64,000 nt of DNA from Squalus acanthias (Eukaryota): positions 114,578,001-114,642,000 of the forward strand of contig CM059432.1 in the NCBI GenBank assembly GCA_030390025.1, written 5' to 3'. This document shows, one piece after another, positions 49,960-62,979 of the stretch. The notes beneath the pieces are model-generated. The model had not been told where the DNA came from. It saw nothing but the letters and a program-made list of their open reading frames with translations, and ran no database searches. Every line of letters begins with the position of its first letter. The first letter of the stretch is position 1. The position numbers and the translations under genes were made by a program.

Positions 49960-52253
49960 AGTGGCCATAACATGATAGAATTCTTCATTAAGATGGAAAG
50001 TGAAGAAGTCCAATCTGAAACTAGGGTCCTAAATCTAAACAAAGGAAACTACAAAGGTATGAGGAGTGAGTTGGCTATGATAGATTGGGGAGATACATTA
50101 AAAGGTATGACGGTGGATAGGCAATGGCTAACATTTAAGGAACGAATGCATGAATTGCAACAGTTATACATTCCTTTCTGGCGCAAAAACGCGAAAGGAA
50201 AAGCAGCCCAACCATGGCTAACAGAAGAAATTAAGGATAGTATTAGATCCAAAGAGGAGTCATATAAAGTTGCCAGAAAAAGTAGCAAGCCTGAGGATTG
50301 GGAGCAGTTTAGAGAACAGCAAAAAAGGACCAAGAGATTGATTAAGAGGGGAAAAATAGAGTATGAGAGTAAACTTGCAAGGAACATAAAAGCGGACTGT
50401 AAAAGCTTCTACAAGTATGTAAAATGAAAAAGATTGGTGAAGACAAATGTAGGTCCCTTACAGTCAGAAACGGGAGAATTTATAATGGGGAACAAGGAAA
50501 TGGCAGAGCAATTAAACAAATACTTTGGTTCTGTCTTCACGGAAGAGGACACAAAAAACTTCCAAGAAATGCTAGGGAACCAAGGGTCTAGTGAGAAGGA
50601 GGAATTAAAGGAAATTAGTATTAGTAAAAAAATAGTGCTGGAGAAATTAATGGGACTGAAAGCCGATAAATCCCCAGGGCCTGATAATCTGCATCCCAGA
50701 GTACTAAAAGAGGTTGCCATGGAAATAGTGGGTGCATTGGTTGTCATCTTCCAAAATTCTGTAGATTATGGAACAATTCCTACAGATTGGAGGGTGGCAA
50801 ATATAACCCCACTATTTAAAAAAGGAGGGAGAGAGAAAACAGGGAATTACAGACCGGTTAGCCTAACATCAGTAGTAGGGAAAATGCTAGAGTCTATTAT
50901 AAAGGATGTGATAACAGGACACTTAGAAAATATCAACGGGATTAGACAAAGTCAACATAGATTTGTGAAACGGAAATTGTGTTTGACAAACCTACTGGAG
51001 TTTTCTGAGGATGTAACTGGTAGAATAGATAAGGGAGAACCAGTGGATGTGGTGTATTTGGATTTTCAGAAGGCCTTTGATAAAGTCCCACATAAGAGGT
51101 TAGTGTGCAAAATTAAAGCACATGGGATTGGGAGTAATATATTGGCATGGATTGAAAATTGGTTAACAGACAGGAAACAGAGAGTAGGAATGAATGGGTC
51201 TTTTTTGGGATGGCAGGCGGTGACTAGTGGGGTACTGCAAGGATCAGTGTTTGGGCCCCAGCTATTCACAATATATATCAATGATTTGGATGAGGGAAAC
51301 AAATGTAATATTTCCAAGTTTGCTGACGACACAAAACTAGGTGAGATTGTGAGTTGTGAGGAGGATGCAAAGAGGCTTCAAGGCGATTTAGACAAGTTGA
51401 GTGAGTGGGCAAATACATGGCAGATGCAGTATAATGTGGACAAATGTGAAGTTATCCACTTCGGTAGGAAAAACAGAAAGGCAGAGTATTATTTAAATGG
51501 TGATAGATTGGGAAATGTTGATGTACAAAGGGACCTGGGTGTCCTTGTACACCAGTCACTGCAGCAAGCAATTAGGAAGGCAAATGGTATATTGGCCTTC
51601 ACTGCAAGAGGATTTGGCCTTCATTGCAAGAGGATTTGAGTACAGGAGCAAGGATGTCTTACTACAGTTATACAGGGCCTTGGTGAGACCACACCTGGAG
51701 TACTGTGTGCAGTTTTGGTCTCCTTACCTAAGAAAGGATATACTTGCCATAGATGGAGTGCAGCGAAGGTTCACCAGACTGATTCCTGGGATGGCAGGAC
51801 TGTCGTATGAGGAGAGATTGGGTCGACTAGGCCTGTATTCACTAGAGTTTAGAAGAATGAGAGGGGATCTCATTGAAGCGTATAAAATTCTGACAGGGCA
51901 AGACAGACTGGATGCAGGGAGGATGTTTCCCCTGGCTGGGGGGGTCTAGAACGAGGGGTCACAGTCTCAGGATACAGAGTAGGACATTTAGGACTGAGAT
52001 GAGGAGAAATTTCTTCACTCAGAGGGTGGTGAACCTGTGGAATTCTCTACCACAGAAGGCTGTGGAGGCCAAGTCACTGAATATATTTAAGAAGGAGATA
52101 GATAGATTTTTAGACACAAAAGGCACCAAGGAGTATGGGGAGTGAGTGGGAATATGGTATTGAGATAGAGGATCAGCCATGATCATACTGAATGGCGGAG
52201 CAGGCTCAAAGGGCCGAATGGCCTACTCCTGCTCCTATTTTTCTATGTTTCTA
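49960..52253 (+). mobile_element. 5'-truncated CR1 (HER1-like) LINE, relatively young
   Basis: ORFs 49834-50427 and 50434-51639 share a frame, split by one TGA. RT motifs NYRPVSLTS, YLDFQKAFDKV, QGSVFGP, FADD. A 22-bp tandem duplication at ~51592-51635 shifts the frame, the C-terminus continues RPHLEYCVQFWSP, and the 3' end is ...ctcctatttttctatgtttcta. Confidence 0.95.
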
Positions 52254-53642
52254 ATAGAAAAAGAAAAGAGGATAAGATAAAGGAAGTGAGACAAATTTAT
52301 TATCATCTTGATTATGCTCTACTGAAGAAAGTACTGAGCACTACCAGTGGGTCACAAGAAAGAGTGGAAGACAGCAAAGGTTTGAAGACAAATAGAAATC
52401 AGATTCTCTAAGGTTCTTATGGAAAATAAGGAGATGCTGAGGAGAAACTGCAATCTTCAGAGGACACAAAGAAACATATATGCCGTCATGGTCATAGATA
52501 TGATGAAATTGAACCTAGTCACCCTTCATGTCTGAAAGTCCAAAGCATGATCAAAGAGGAGGACCAGTGCAGGCAAAACAGGATACCTGTTCCAGAATTG
52601 ATGATGAATCAAGGTCTTTGGGGATTGTGACAAGATTTGGAGAGACTGTAAAAGGCCAGCTGCTTTGAAGGATTTTGATACTGTGCGATTTGCTGTTTCT
52701 TTGACAGGTTTATTTGTTAATGTCTTATTTGAGCTAAGATTTTTCAGTAACAGTAAAGATTTGACCCATTAATGCTGAACTTTCAAAGAGCAATGGTTAA
52801 CTTGAAAAACTAGTAGAAGGTAGGATATAGGAAGGCGACTTGCTTGGCTGAAGCAAATACAGCCACCTTAACTTAAAAGAGTATCATCTGAAATACAGGC
52901 TGACTTCTCCAAATGACTGAATGGACAAGAGAGGTTAAAAAACCCACTTCTGAGCTGGTTTTGTGCGATACCCAGTGGTTGCATCTGAATTATCATAGGC
53001 AGGGGTCTGGGAGCATGAGACCAGGTGTCTGCCCTCTCAGCAAGAGAATGATGTATGCCATGGAGAAACCCAAAGGAGGAGTAGAGGAAGGACAAAAAAA
53101 GATACTTGCACCCTGTACGATAACAAAAAAATTAGGTCATTAAGGTACTATTCTGATCATTTTCCAGATGCTTGAAAAAAGTGAATTTGACATTGTCTTG
53201 TCCTCTGTATTTAAGGAACAGCAATGTGTGTTACTGGACAGAGCTACGTTATAAATAAAATTACGTTCTTCACTTTTCCAGATGTCACATTGCAGCTCTG
53301 TGTTCCCATCCAAGTGTCCGTATGGGTTTTGTGACCAGGGTAAAGTGTCAAATACAGTCTGCAAAAGCACTGGTAATGAAGCACAGCTTCTTGCTTTAAC
53401 CAGCTACCTAGTAGCTTATGTGAGATCAGCTGCTGTGCTTTCACATTCTCGGGGATCCTCAGTGCATTAATCAGTGTCACTTGAAAGGAAATAAATCATT
53501 TGTGAAAGAATGCTACTTCCCTCTGGACACAAAGGCAATGCACAGATTTGGAACCAAAATCCACTCTTCGTTTTGACAAGCACTACATGCTACGTTTGAT
53601 TTTCTTTAAACTGGAACAAAAGGGAAAGATTTTTGTCAATCC

Positions 53643-53992
53643 TAATAAAATTGTGAAAGACTGGATAGGAAAGACCTATTTCCCTTATCGGAGAGGTCAA
53701 TAACCAGGGAGCATAGATTTAAAGTAATTGGTAGAAGGATTAGAGGGGAGTTGAGGAGAATGTTTTTCACCCAGAGGGTGGTGGGGGTCTGGAACTCACT
53801 GCCTGAAAGGGTGGTAGAGACAGAAACCCTCATCATATTTAAAAAGTACTTGGATATGCACTTGAAGCACTTACAAGGCTACGGACCAAGAGCTGGAAAG
53901 TAGGATTAGGCTGGATGGCTCTTTTTCGGCCAGCGCAGACACGATGGGCTGAATGGCCTCCTTCTGTGCCGTAAATTTGTATGATTCTATGA
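53643..53992 (+). mobile_element. CR1 LINE 3' fragment
   Basis: FFTQRVVGVWNSLP relic, followed by a 3' UTR ending tgtatgattctatga. Confidence 0.85.
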
Positions 53993-55349
53993 AATCCATT
54001 ACCGGTATTATGGTAGATTTTCCTGGGGAGTGGTTACACCAAGGCAAAATAGGTAAAGTGCACTTCACCTGGATATCACCCAAATTTTCTGTTCCCCCTC
54101 GTATGCATTGGGGGCGGGGGGGGGGGGGGGGGGCGGGGGGAGTACTGCAGTGGCACAAACTGGGCCTTCCAATTGGGCCCTGCCTGCAGATGTGCAGGAA
54201 ACTGCAGGGCAGAAACAGGCCTTAAAGGCCTGCTGTAGGGCTGCATTCTTGGAGGTTTGGAGGGTTTTTTTTGCTTTTGGATGTCTGTGGTAACTTTTTT
54301 GATAGTGTCACCGAAAGTATTTTTACTTGTTGCCAGGATTGCCCTCCAAACCAGACTCCCACAATTGAGTCCCTCTTTCAGTGATGAGGTGATGAAGGAA
54401 CTTGAAAGGAGATGGAAGGTAAATATCCACTATCCAGGAGTAAGGTAAATAAAACACAGGGCAGGAAGACTTGGCAGGAGGGGCTGAGGCCACCAATGCA
54501 GCAACAACCTTAGAAAGAACACGGCTTCAGTACCGTATAACTTCAACATTCTAATCAGAACGAGGAGTTTCTGCTTCAAAATCCAAACTGATATCACTAT
54601 GCAGAGTGAAGCTAACACTTGAACCAAGCACCTTATAGACTTAGAATGTTGATTTGAAAGCCTCCATGATCACACCACTCTAATCTACCCTCAGGGAACA
54701 ACCCCAATGAGGTGCAAAAAAGTGCAGGTGCTATATTTTGGAACAGGAAAAACATGGACAGCACTATTGAGGCACTGTGCAATAGCACCCAATTTCCCTT
54801 TACGTTGCACCCAAAAAATGGATGTTAAATCCAGGAAAGTCTACTGTGTGTGGATGATGTTACTTTCTTATTGACAACATGGCGTGAAGGGCCAAGGTCC
54901 ACAGTGTAGGACACCATCAAGGTTGAAAAGAGTAAGTGAAAGACGAGATAAGTTAAGAAGCAGTGGTTAGATGACTTTAAAAGGCCTTAGATTGTCACCC
55001 AAAGGGCAAGTTGAGGGAATTTTGAGGTACATGTAAAGAATGAGATGAAGTTAGTGATGAGGCAATGAGTCACTTTGTTTTGTCTTAGGGTTATTATATA
55101 TCTGCACACATGCAATATCGGGTAATAGATATTACATGTTAGCTGCAAAGCAGTAATCATCAAAGGCTTCGAATCAATGAGATAAAAGCTCACGCAGTTT
55201 CTAGACAATACCTAAATCCCAAGATGTGTTACTGTGCTGAATCATACAGTTGGATATCTGTTAATCTTCTGATTTTTCTTGTAAATTTTGTGTTCACAGA
55301 TGGTAGTGCTAGGGGAATGCAACTTTCCATTTCAGGGACTCCATGATAT

Positions 55350-55643
55350 CAGCAAGCACTCCAAGGTCAGGAATAGCATGGCTCGATGTAAAGTTCTCTC
55401 TATTCTTCCCCAGCCATAAATAATACTCCCTTCTACACTAGTGTGACATTTTTAAATTTCCTACACCAGCCACCTTGTTGCTTCTATGAATGAGATTGCT
55501 AATTTGGTAACAATTAGTACCAAAACTGGGCACTTAGGACCACTGCAATCAGCAGAGACTTTCATCCATTAGTCAGGAAAAGATTTAAGTCCCAGTTCCA
55601 GAGGTGAAAGACCAGTGTCTAACACGTGCAGAACCCAGTTCCC
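55350..55643 (-). mobile_element. Ancient tRNA-derived SINE remnant, LF-SINE-like
   Basis: Reverse complement starts ggaactggg...gttagacactggtctttcacctctggaactgggacttaaatc (tRNA-like head) and contains ttggtactaattg..ttagcaatctca, recalling LF-SINE. From memory. Confidence 0.4.
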
Positions 55644-55957
55644 TCCTCCCTGTAATTAACTTTGTTACAGATATAACAAAGAGTTACCTGATAAAGAAAG
55701 TCTAAAGTATTGTAATTAAACATAGGTGCTCTCATGCCCTAACTTGCAAAAGGAAAATCTGCTCATGATAATATCCTGTGAGTCGCAGTCAGCAATGATA
55801 TGAACTTCTGTTTCACTATTTGATACTAGGAAACAAATCTTCTTGAAATTCTTTTGCTAAAATGTTTTCACCCCTCTTATGTTGTCACTATTCATGTTAA
55901 AAGAGTCATTGATAGAAAACATGAAAGATTAGCTGGATAATGTAATTTCCCCCTATT

Positions 55958-57110
55958 GGCCCGGATTAAGTTACGGTCAGTTTCAGAAGGGCAATGACGG
56001 CAAATTGTCAGCGTTCACCGTCATTACCCCTCTGAAACTGGCCATAACTTCAGGATTTAGCGCATGCGCATCTAAACGCAGAAATCCTGAAGTTGCAGTC
56101 AGTCATTCCCTGCTCTGACACTGGCTGTGCTGTGGGCACCACCCCCACCGTAGCACCACCCACCACCGCCCCCCCCATAGCCAGCAATCAGTAGAACTGA
56201 TAAAAACTTGAACTTTTCCGCGCTAATATTGCTGTTAAATAGCCCATTAAATGTTAAGCCTTGTTGGAATAGGTGCAACTGGAGTTTTAACAGCGTGTTG
56301 ACTGCTAAACAACCGTTCTGACCCTGAAAAACTAATTTTATATTTGTGGAATGTCAAATTTCTGTATTGTGATTAAAATTACTAGGGGGTAAAAATTGGG
56401 TAGTGACCCCTTATTAAAGGGGAGGGGCCTGGCACAGCGAGTCCCGGCGCCCAGCTGGGCCACCAGGGATCGGGAGTGCTGGCAAACGAGCCTGGCACTC
56501 AAGAGGAGTGCTGGGCTCACGGAGAGCTTCACGAGTGCCAGGGACAGCAACAGGGGCAGGTGCTGGCAGGTGGCCAGCAACAAAAATGGCCACCCGCCAC
56601 CTCCCCTTTACCTAGCGTCGCCCCGGCCACAGGTAGGCCCCCCTGACCCCGGCGGACATAGCGTCCGGCGGTAAGTCAGGGGGCGCCACCCAATATTACA
56701 GCCGGAGCACGAGCGGGGCGCTGCGCCGCCGCTAACCTCCCGCTGAATTTCACGGGAGGCGTTAGCGGCGCCGCACCCAGGCACTAGTTGATTTGCACCC
56801 CGGAGGTGCAAATCAACCGAATTTAGCCCCCTAGATGTTTAAAAAAATAATTTAAAAAAAAATTTGTTCATGATATTTCAGCTTCTACCTTAACCCCAAT
56901 TTTTGTGTTGCTTTCTGTTACATTTTTAAAAAGTGCAGATAATCAGTGCTTTTCATTTGGTTTGCTGTCACTGGGAATTCTTCAATGTGATTGGCTGCTT
57001 AGACAGCTTGATGACATCACTGCTGCATTGCGCTAGGCATCCCCTACCGACAGCGCTACAATCAATTACACGTCGAGGAAGCTAAACTTCTGGCCACAGA
57101 GATCGCTAGG
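55958..57110. mobile_element. Hairpin-rich MITE (outer element) hosting a nested Harbinger MITE
   Basis: Starts GGCCCGGATT and has internal inverted repeats (gtcagtttcaga..tctgaaactggc; aacttcaggattt..aaatcctgaagtt). Right boundary uncertain. Confidence 0.45.
56386..56831. mobile_element. Harbinger MITE, family C (shorter copy)
   Basis: TAG|GGGGTAAAAATT ... AATTTAGCCCCC|TAG. Body homologous to 46140-46635. Confidence 0.85.
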
Positions 57111-58494
57111 GAATTTTCAGTTGTTGCTATCACGGCATATAACCACCAATATCACCACTGTTTCAAAAGACCGGCATGGGGATTTGGAAACAATGTTAGA
57201 CTCTTGAGCTACATATAACCTGACTGCTATGTAAAGTAACCACTTGGTTGGAATCGGTAATGGACTGTAACCTTGGAGCTCAGATTACATTTATAAACTG
57301 CTGGAATATCAAAATCATGGCTTAGAAATCATCTGAACCGCTTCATTCAGTTAGTCTTGTAACATACTCCAACCCAGGTGTTATGTTAATGAGGTTTTAG
57401 TCTCTATAAAACAAATTGGAGCCTTTTGTACTGTCTGCTTTATTCCCTTGGCTTCCTTTTGTGACGTAATTTCTTGCGTGATAATCTCTAACCTAGCCCT
57501 GACGCAGCAAATTCTTAGACTGAGTACTGGATGACTTTCAAGACAAATTTAGAACAAATTGAATTTACTGAGGGAGCTAGATCGGAGACAATGTTCGAGA
57601 AATTCGAGTCGTGCTGAAAACCGGTGTGAAATGGGCGTCGTGATACGATCGCATGCCCGAGAATGCCGATCCGAGACCCACTCAAAATTGGGCTTTGGGC
57701 CTGATCAGCATAAAACTGGAGATCTGAAAATGCTAGTTGAGCATCTCAAAGCAGCTCGCTTTGGGGTCTTCGGACGTTTGGCCAGCTCAGAAAGAGCCGG
57801 CCCACAGGTAGGTCCTGAGGAGACTGGAGACAACATGGAGCAGGGTAAGCCCGGGTCGGCAGTGGCCCGCAGCATTCTTGTCGAGCCAGGTAAAAGTAAC
57901 AGAAATACGGCATAATGTTGTGTAGCTATATGTAAACTAAGCATCATAGTTTAATTCTTCTCCTCACCTTAAGTTGGGCAAAATTTCCATTCTGTGTAAT
58001 GAAAGCAGGGTGAAGATCGATAATATAAAATGTGTTAAACACTATAGATGCTTCATATCAAGGTTGTTTATAATGTGAACTGAGATGCTATAATGAGGGG
58101 AATAATACATTTAATGGATCCACAATTCTATTGCGACAATGTTCTAAAGGGCATCCAGTTCATTTTCCAGCGAGTATCAGACTGTTTTACAGAAGAATTG
58201 AGACCTTAACAGCCACCACTGTCAGTGTGCAAGCATGATTTATATTACATTTTGCAGTCATATGTTGCTGCTATTTCAATTTTGAGGCTATGACACCCAG
58301 AAAATGCTGGTTTTTCCCTTTGCATAGATTACACAAATAAAATCTAGCCCACAAACTTTAGAATTGGTTCTCAGAACACTCCACTGCAACATTCCCTCAC
58401 ACTACAATAATCATCCAATTTGCTAGAAGATTGGATGGGAGTCTGTCATGCTAAAGACAGACTCTATAGGCCTACAGAACATTACTTGTCTTAC

Positions 58495-58566
58495 CTATAG
58501 TGCTCTGATGTCCCATTGACTACAGTATGATTAGACCATGCATTGTGACTTCCACCATTGTACCAT
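58495..58566 (-). CDS. RIMS2: Candidate RIMS2 cassette exon (72 nt, phase 2-2)
   Basis: gttttactatgcttttctgaag|A TGG TAC...TAT AG|gtaaga. Open reading WYNGGSHNAWSNHTVVNGTSEHY, with a strong donor. Confidence 0.65.
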
Positions 58567-60041
58567 CTTCAGAAAAGCATAGTAAAACAAACTGAATGTT
58601 AGAAGTACACACAGCAATTCCTTCGCAACAACAACACTCGACAGCTCAGATGAGATTCTACGATACAGTGATACCCACGAGCTTCAATCCTGAGATCCAT
58701 ATGAGTTGGTTTGCCAGAGTTCATCAGAAATTATCAACAGGCTAAGTGGTGGGAAGATACACACATGCTGAAATAACAGCCTAGGTACTTCATGTCATTT
58801 TCAGTGTTGAATTAATGCAATCTAGGTGGAGGGGCATTCAGGCCGGAATATTTATCTCTCACTTCCACCAGAGAGGGATAAATTCCAATGGGAAACAGTG
58901 AGACATTCTTCTGGCTGTCTCACCCCGCTCCATTGGGATGCCGCATTTGGGGATGGGAATGTTAGGATGCCGTTCTCCTCTGGAAATCACAGCAGTTTCA
59001 CCCAGGGTACAGCCAATGGGAGGTATCTTTGCGCGGAGAAGGCGTACTGGTTATACAAGTGTCATAAGTGGGGCCCACAATGCCGTATCCAAATGGCAAT
59101 TGATCTAAGAATCAATTGCTGTTTGGAGAGCAGCAGGCCAGTGAAGGGCCAAGGATGGAAGAAAATGTTGGTCTTACAGCACTTAGGCCAGACTTGCCTG
59201 CACAACTCCCCCACCTCATCACCCATTGGGTCTGTGGAGCCCAAGTATCAGTTACTGATGCAGGCACCTGCCTCTATTATTCAAATTACCCCATCCTTTG
59301 GAGTTAGAATGGGGTCAGAGCAAAGGGAAATGAGCACCCACCTGCTCTTCCGGCAGCAGAGTGGGGCTTCTGGAATTTCTACCACTATCAAAAGGAGTGA
59401 AACAATTGCCTCAAATTAAATGAGGAGTTTTTAGTCTCCCTTGTTAGCCTAGTGTCTTCACTGCCGCAGTGCACTTGAAACATCAGATCCTGCACCGGGA
59501 GCAGATGGAATGTTTGGGATGACTGAAATGGCACAGTTACAACATAGATTAGGGATGAATCTTGAAATAAAGTGTGCCTTCAGCAAATGTTCTATGAATG
59601 AAGATAGTAGGAATGAACCAAAAGCCTTACAACAAATTTGAAAAATAATTCTCGTCTTAGCTTGCGTCTTACTTAGCTCAGTTTTGGTTTAGTTCTACCA
59701 AAGGGCACCAATTAACACAAGTCTATATTTTAGGCATCTATCTGTGCTTATTCACAGTATATGGGGAACACGTAATTGTCTCTCCCTTATAAGTTTAGAA
59801 CTTGGACAATGCACATTGCCTAAAGATAGTACAAAATGTTACACATCAAGCCAGTTAATCGATTTGGTTTGCTGTCTTTTATCAGGAAACACACAATGGC
59901 TGGGGCTTTGTGTTCACCAGCCAGCAATTTTCAAGCCATTCACTTCTGTGGACGCAGAGGAAGAAAACCTTGGTAAATTCTCTTATCTTGCCCAAATAGT
60001 CCAGAAATAATAAATTCGCTGCTTTTAAAATTGCTGACATT

Positions 60042-61337
60042 GGCCAGAATTTTCTCCAGGGAAGGGGGTTGGGGGCGGGGAGCCCTCCAAGGCGGGTGGT
60101 AAACCCGGGAGGCCGGGTTTCTCGCAGGGCCTGCCAACTTTAATTTGCATGTGAGGCCTCGGATTCCTGCCGGCAGCCAGCCAGATTGAGAATCTGGCTG
60201 GCTGTGGGCGGGTAGGCCTCAGTTGCGGAGAGGGAGCAAGGGGTCGGTCCGGGGGAGGGATCGCAGGCAGGGGTGCGGTCAGGGATCGGCTGGCTGGGGG
60301 ATCATGGCGGGGGGCAGGGATTGGCAGATCGGCTGGCTGAGGGATCACAGCGGGGGGAGGGGGGGAGGGAATCGGCTAGCTGGGGGATCGCGGAGGGGGA
60401 GGGGGGTTGGCAGATCGGCTGGCTGAGGGATCACAGCGGGGGGAGGGGGGGAGGGAATCGGCTGGCTGGGAGATCACAGCGGGGGGAGGGGGGGAGGGAA
60501 TCGGCTGGCTGGGGGATCACGGCGGGGGGAGGGGGGGAGGGAATCGGCTGGCTGGGGGATCACGGCGGGGGGAGGGGGGGAGGGAATCGGCTGGCTGGGG
60601 GATCACGGCGGGGGGAGGGGGGGAGGGAATCGGCTGGCTGGGGGATCACGGCGGGGGGAGGGGGGGAGGGAATCGGCTGGCTGGGGGATCACGGCGGGGG
60701 GAGGGGATCAGCTGGCTGGGGGATCATGGCGGGGGGGAGGATCAGCTGGCTGGGAGTCGGGGGATCAGCTGGCTCGGGGATCGGCAGAGGTGGGGTTGGA
60801 GGGCCGGCTGGGGGTCGGGGATTGACGGAGGGTGTCGAGGATCACGGGGGATCGACAGGGGCAGGGTAGGCCGGAGCATCGGTAGGGGGGAAGAGAGGAT
60901 CGGGGCCGGTCACCGGAGGATTGCGGCCGGCCTCAGCATCATCGGTGGGGTGGGGGGGGTGGAGGGCTCATGGTGGGGATCGGAGGCCTCGTGACGGAGT
61001 GTCCGATCGAGGGAGGTGGGTGAGGCAGGGACCCTGGATCCAGGAGGTAGGTATAAAGCCACTTACCTCCTGGATGCAGCAGTCCCCGCCTTGGTTTAAC
61101 TGCCGGGTTTCACGAATTGTGTGAAATCCATCCACATGCAGTTAAATTCAAAAAGAGGCTTCCAGCCTCATTACAATATTTAAATTGACGTTCCGCCCCC
61201 TGGGCTTTCCCCGTCCCACCTCCGTTAAACCCGGAAGTGGGTGGGTTGGAGGCGGGATCAGGTCAGGAATCCCATTTTTAACATTTTAACTGCCCCCACA
61301 CTCCAAGACCACCTGTTTTTTGTGTGGAAATATCGGC
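60042..61337. mobile_element. GC-rich MITE, family B, with an internally expanded minisatellite
   Basis: Ends GGCCAGAATTTTC / GGAAATATCGGC. Homologous to 28995-29797. Confidence 0.75.
60280..60790. repeat. ~43-bp G-rich minisatellite (GGGGGATCACGGCGGGGGGAGGGGGGGAGGGAATCGGCTGGCT)n
   Basis: Near-perfect units at 60511, 60554, 60597 and 60640, with degenerate units on both sides. Confidence 0.9.
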
Positions 61338-61455
61338 TATTATCTTTAAAAGGGCTGTGAGTGTTTCTTGCTTCAGGGAGATGAAATCCTGGACAATACT
61401 ATAATACCATGATATTGACACTAGGGGAAGAGTGTCTTTGTCACTGTGTGTTTGC

Positions 61456-61573
61456 AATATTGTAAACGTAGTGGGAATATTTCCTACATTTCTATTTCTA
61501 GCAAAACCATTTGCAATCTCACTAGAAATCTTCCAGTTATATTTAAGATACCACTAACACAGGAAATCTTCCC
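61456..61573. repeat. Dispersed, diverged palindromic element related to the 49-bp satellite unit
   Basis: AATATTGTAAACGTAGTGGGAATATTTCCTACATTTCTATTTCTAG resembles the unit, and the right end CACAGGAAATCTTCCC is an inverted GGGAAGATTTCCTGTG. Confidence 0.5.
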
Positions 61574-61609
61574 GGCCCCAAGCCTTCCCAAAATTACCAG
61601 AATGTGCGA

Positions 61610-62616
61610 CATAAGATTACATAGGATATACGGCATAGAAACAGGCCATTCGGCCCAACCAGTCCATGCCGGCATTTATGCTCCACTTGAGCCTCCTCCC
61701 GTCTTTCCTCATCTAAATCTATCAGCATAACCCTCTATTCCCTTCTCCCTCATATGTTTGTCCAGCCTCCCCTTAAATGCATTTATACTATTCGCTTCAA
61801 CCACTTCCTGAGGTAGCGAGTTCCACATTCTCACCACTCTTTGGGTAAAGAAGTTTCTTCTGAATTCCCTATTGGATTTCTTGTTGACTTTCTTATATTG
61901 ATGGCCTCTAGTTATGCTCTTCCCCACAAGTAGAAACATTTTCTCTGTATCCACTCTATCAAAACCTTTCATAATTTTAAAGACCTCTATTAGGTCACCC
62001 CTCAGCTTTATTTTTTCAAGGAGAAAAAGAGACCCAGCCTGTTCATCCTTTCCTGATATGTATACCCTTGCATTTCTGGTATCATCCTTGTAAATCTTCT
62101 CAGCACCCTCTCCAGTGCCTCTAAATCATTTTTATAATATGGCGACCAGAACTGTACACAGTACTCCAAGTGTGGTTTAACCAAGGTTCGATAGAGGTTG
62201 AGCATAACTTCCCTACTTTTCAATTCTATAACTCTAGAAATAAACCCTAGTGCTTGGTTTGCTTTTTTATGGCCTTGTTAACCTGCGTCGCAACTTTTAG
62301 TGATTTGTGTATTTGTACTCCTAGATCCCTTTGTTCCTCTACCCCACCTAGACTCGCACCCTCCAAGTGATAAGTGACCTCCCTATTCTTCCTACCAAAA
62401 TGTAATACCTCACATTTATCTGTGTTGAACTTCATTTGCCAATAATATGCCCATTCTGCAAGTTTATTAATGTCCTCCTGTAACTTGTTGCAGTCCTCCT
62501 CAGTATTGACTATCCCCGTCCCAATTTGGTGTCATCCGCAAATTTAGAAATTGTGTTTTTGATTCCCAAGTCTAAATTGTTAATGTAAATTGTGAACAGC
62601 AGTGGTCCCAGCAGTG
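61610..62616 (-). mobile_element. CR1 LINE 3' fragment (~1 kb)
   Basis: Minus-strand ORFs read KFNTDKCEVLHFG, KPHLEYCVQFWSP and FFTQRVVRMWNSLP; FADD at ~62530; tail at ~61610. Confidence 0.92.
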
Positions 62617-62910
62617 CTGTGTCAAAGATGGCAGCAATAATCAAGGCATAATTGCAAACAGATAATATTTTTAACAGGACAAAAGCAAAACAAGGTTCAA
62701 ATAAGAAAAATTCTTTGGAATTTAAATTGTTCTTTTACAAATCATTCAAAAAGCAATAAAGAATCGGGTACAAAAATCACTGCATTATAGTACCACTGCT
62801 AACTGTGTGCAGCTTATTAAGTAGTTACAGTTAGTACCTCTCCCCACCCATTCCAATGAGGGAGATGAGACAGCCTCTTTAAACATTTGCAGCAACTAAT
62901 TGTAATGTAC

Positions 62911-62979
62911 CTTTCTGGGTGATGGGCAGTGCCATCATCAAAGCAAACACCGGGTACTCGCCTCTGCTGCCTAATCCGC
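62911..62979 (-). CDS. RIMS2: Candidate RIMS2 cassette exon (69 nt, phase 2-2)
   Basis: tggtttttatttttgtacttcatcatcag|G CGG ATT...GAA AG|gtacat. Open reading RIRQQRRVPGVCFDDGTAHHPE; a GC-rich patch in AT-rich flanks. Confidence 0.65.

Noticed and set aside
52587..52646. 60-nt phase 2-2 open segment on the minus strand
   Set aside because: The short pyrimidine tract and modest donor are at the level expected by chance.
60223..60994. Gly-rich ORFs of ~200 aa
   Set aside because: Translation artefact of the 43-bp G-rich minisatellite inside a MITE.
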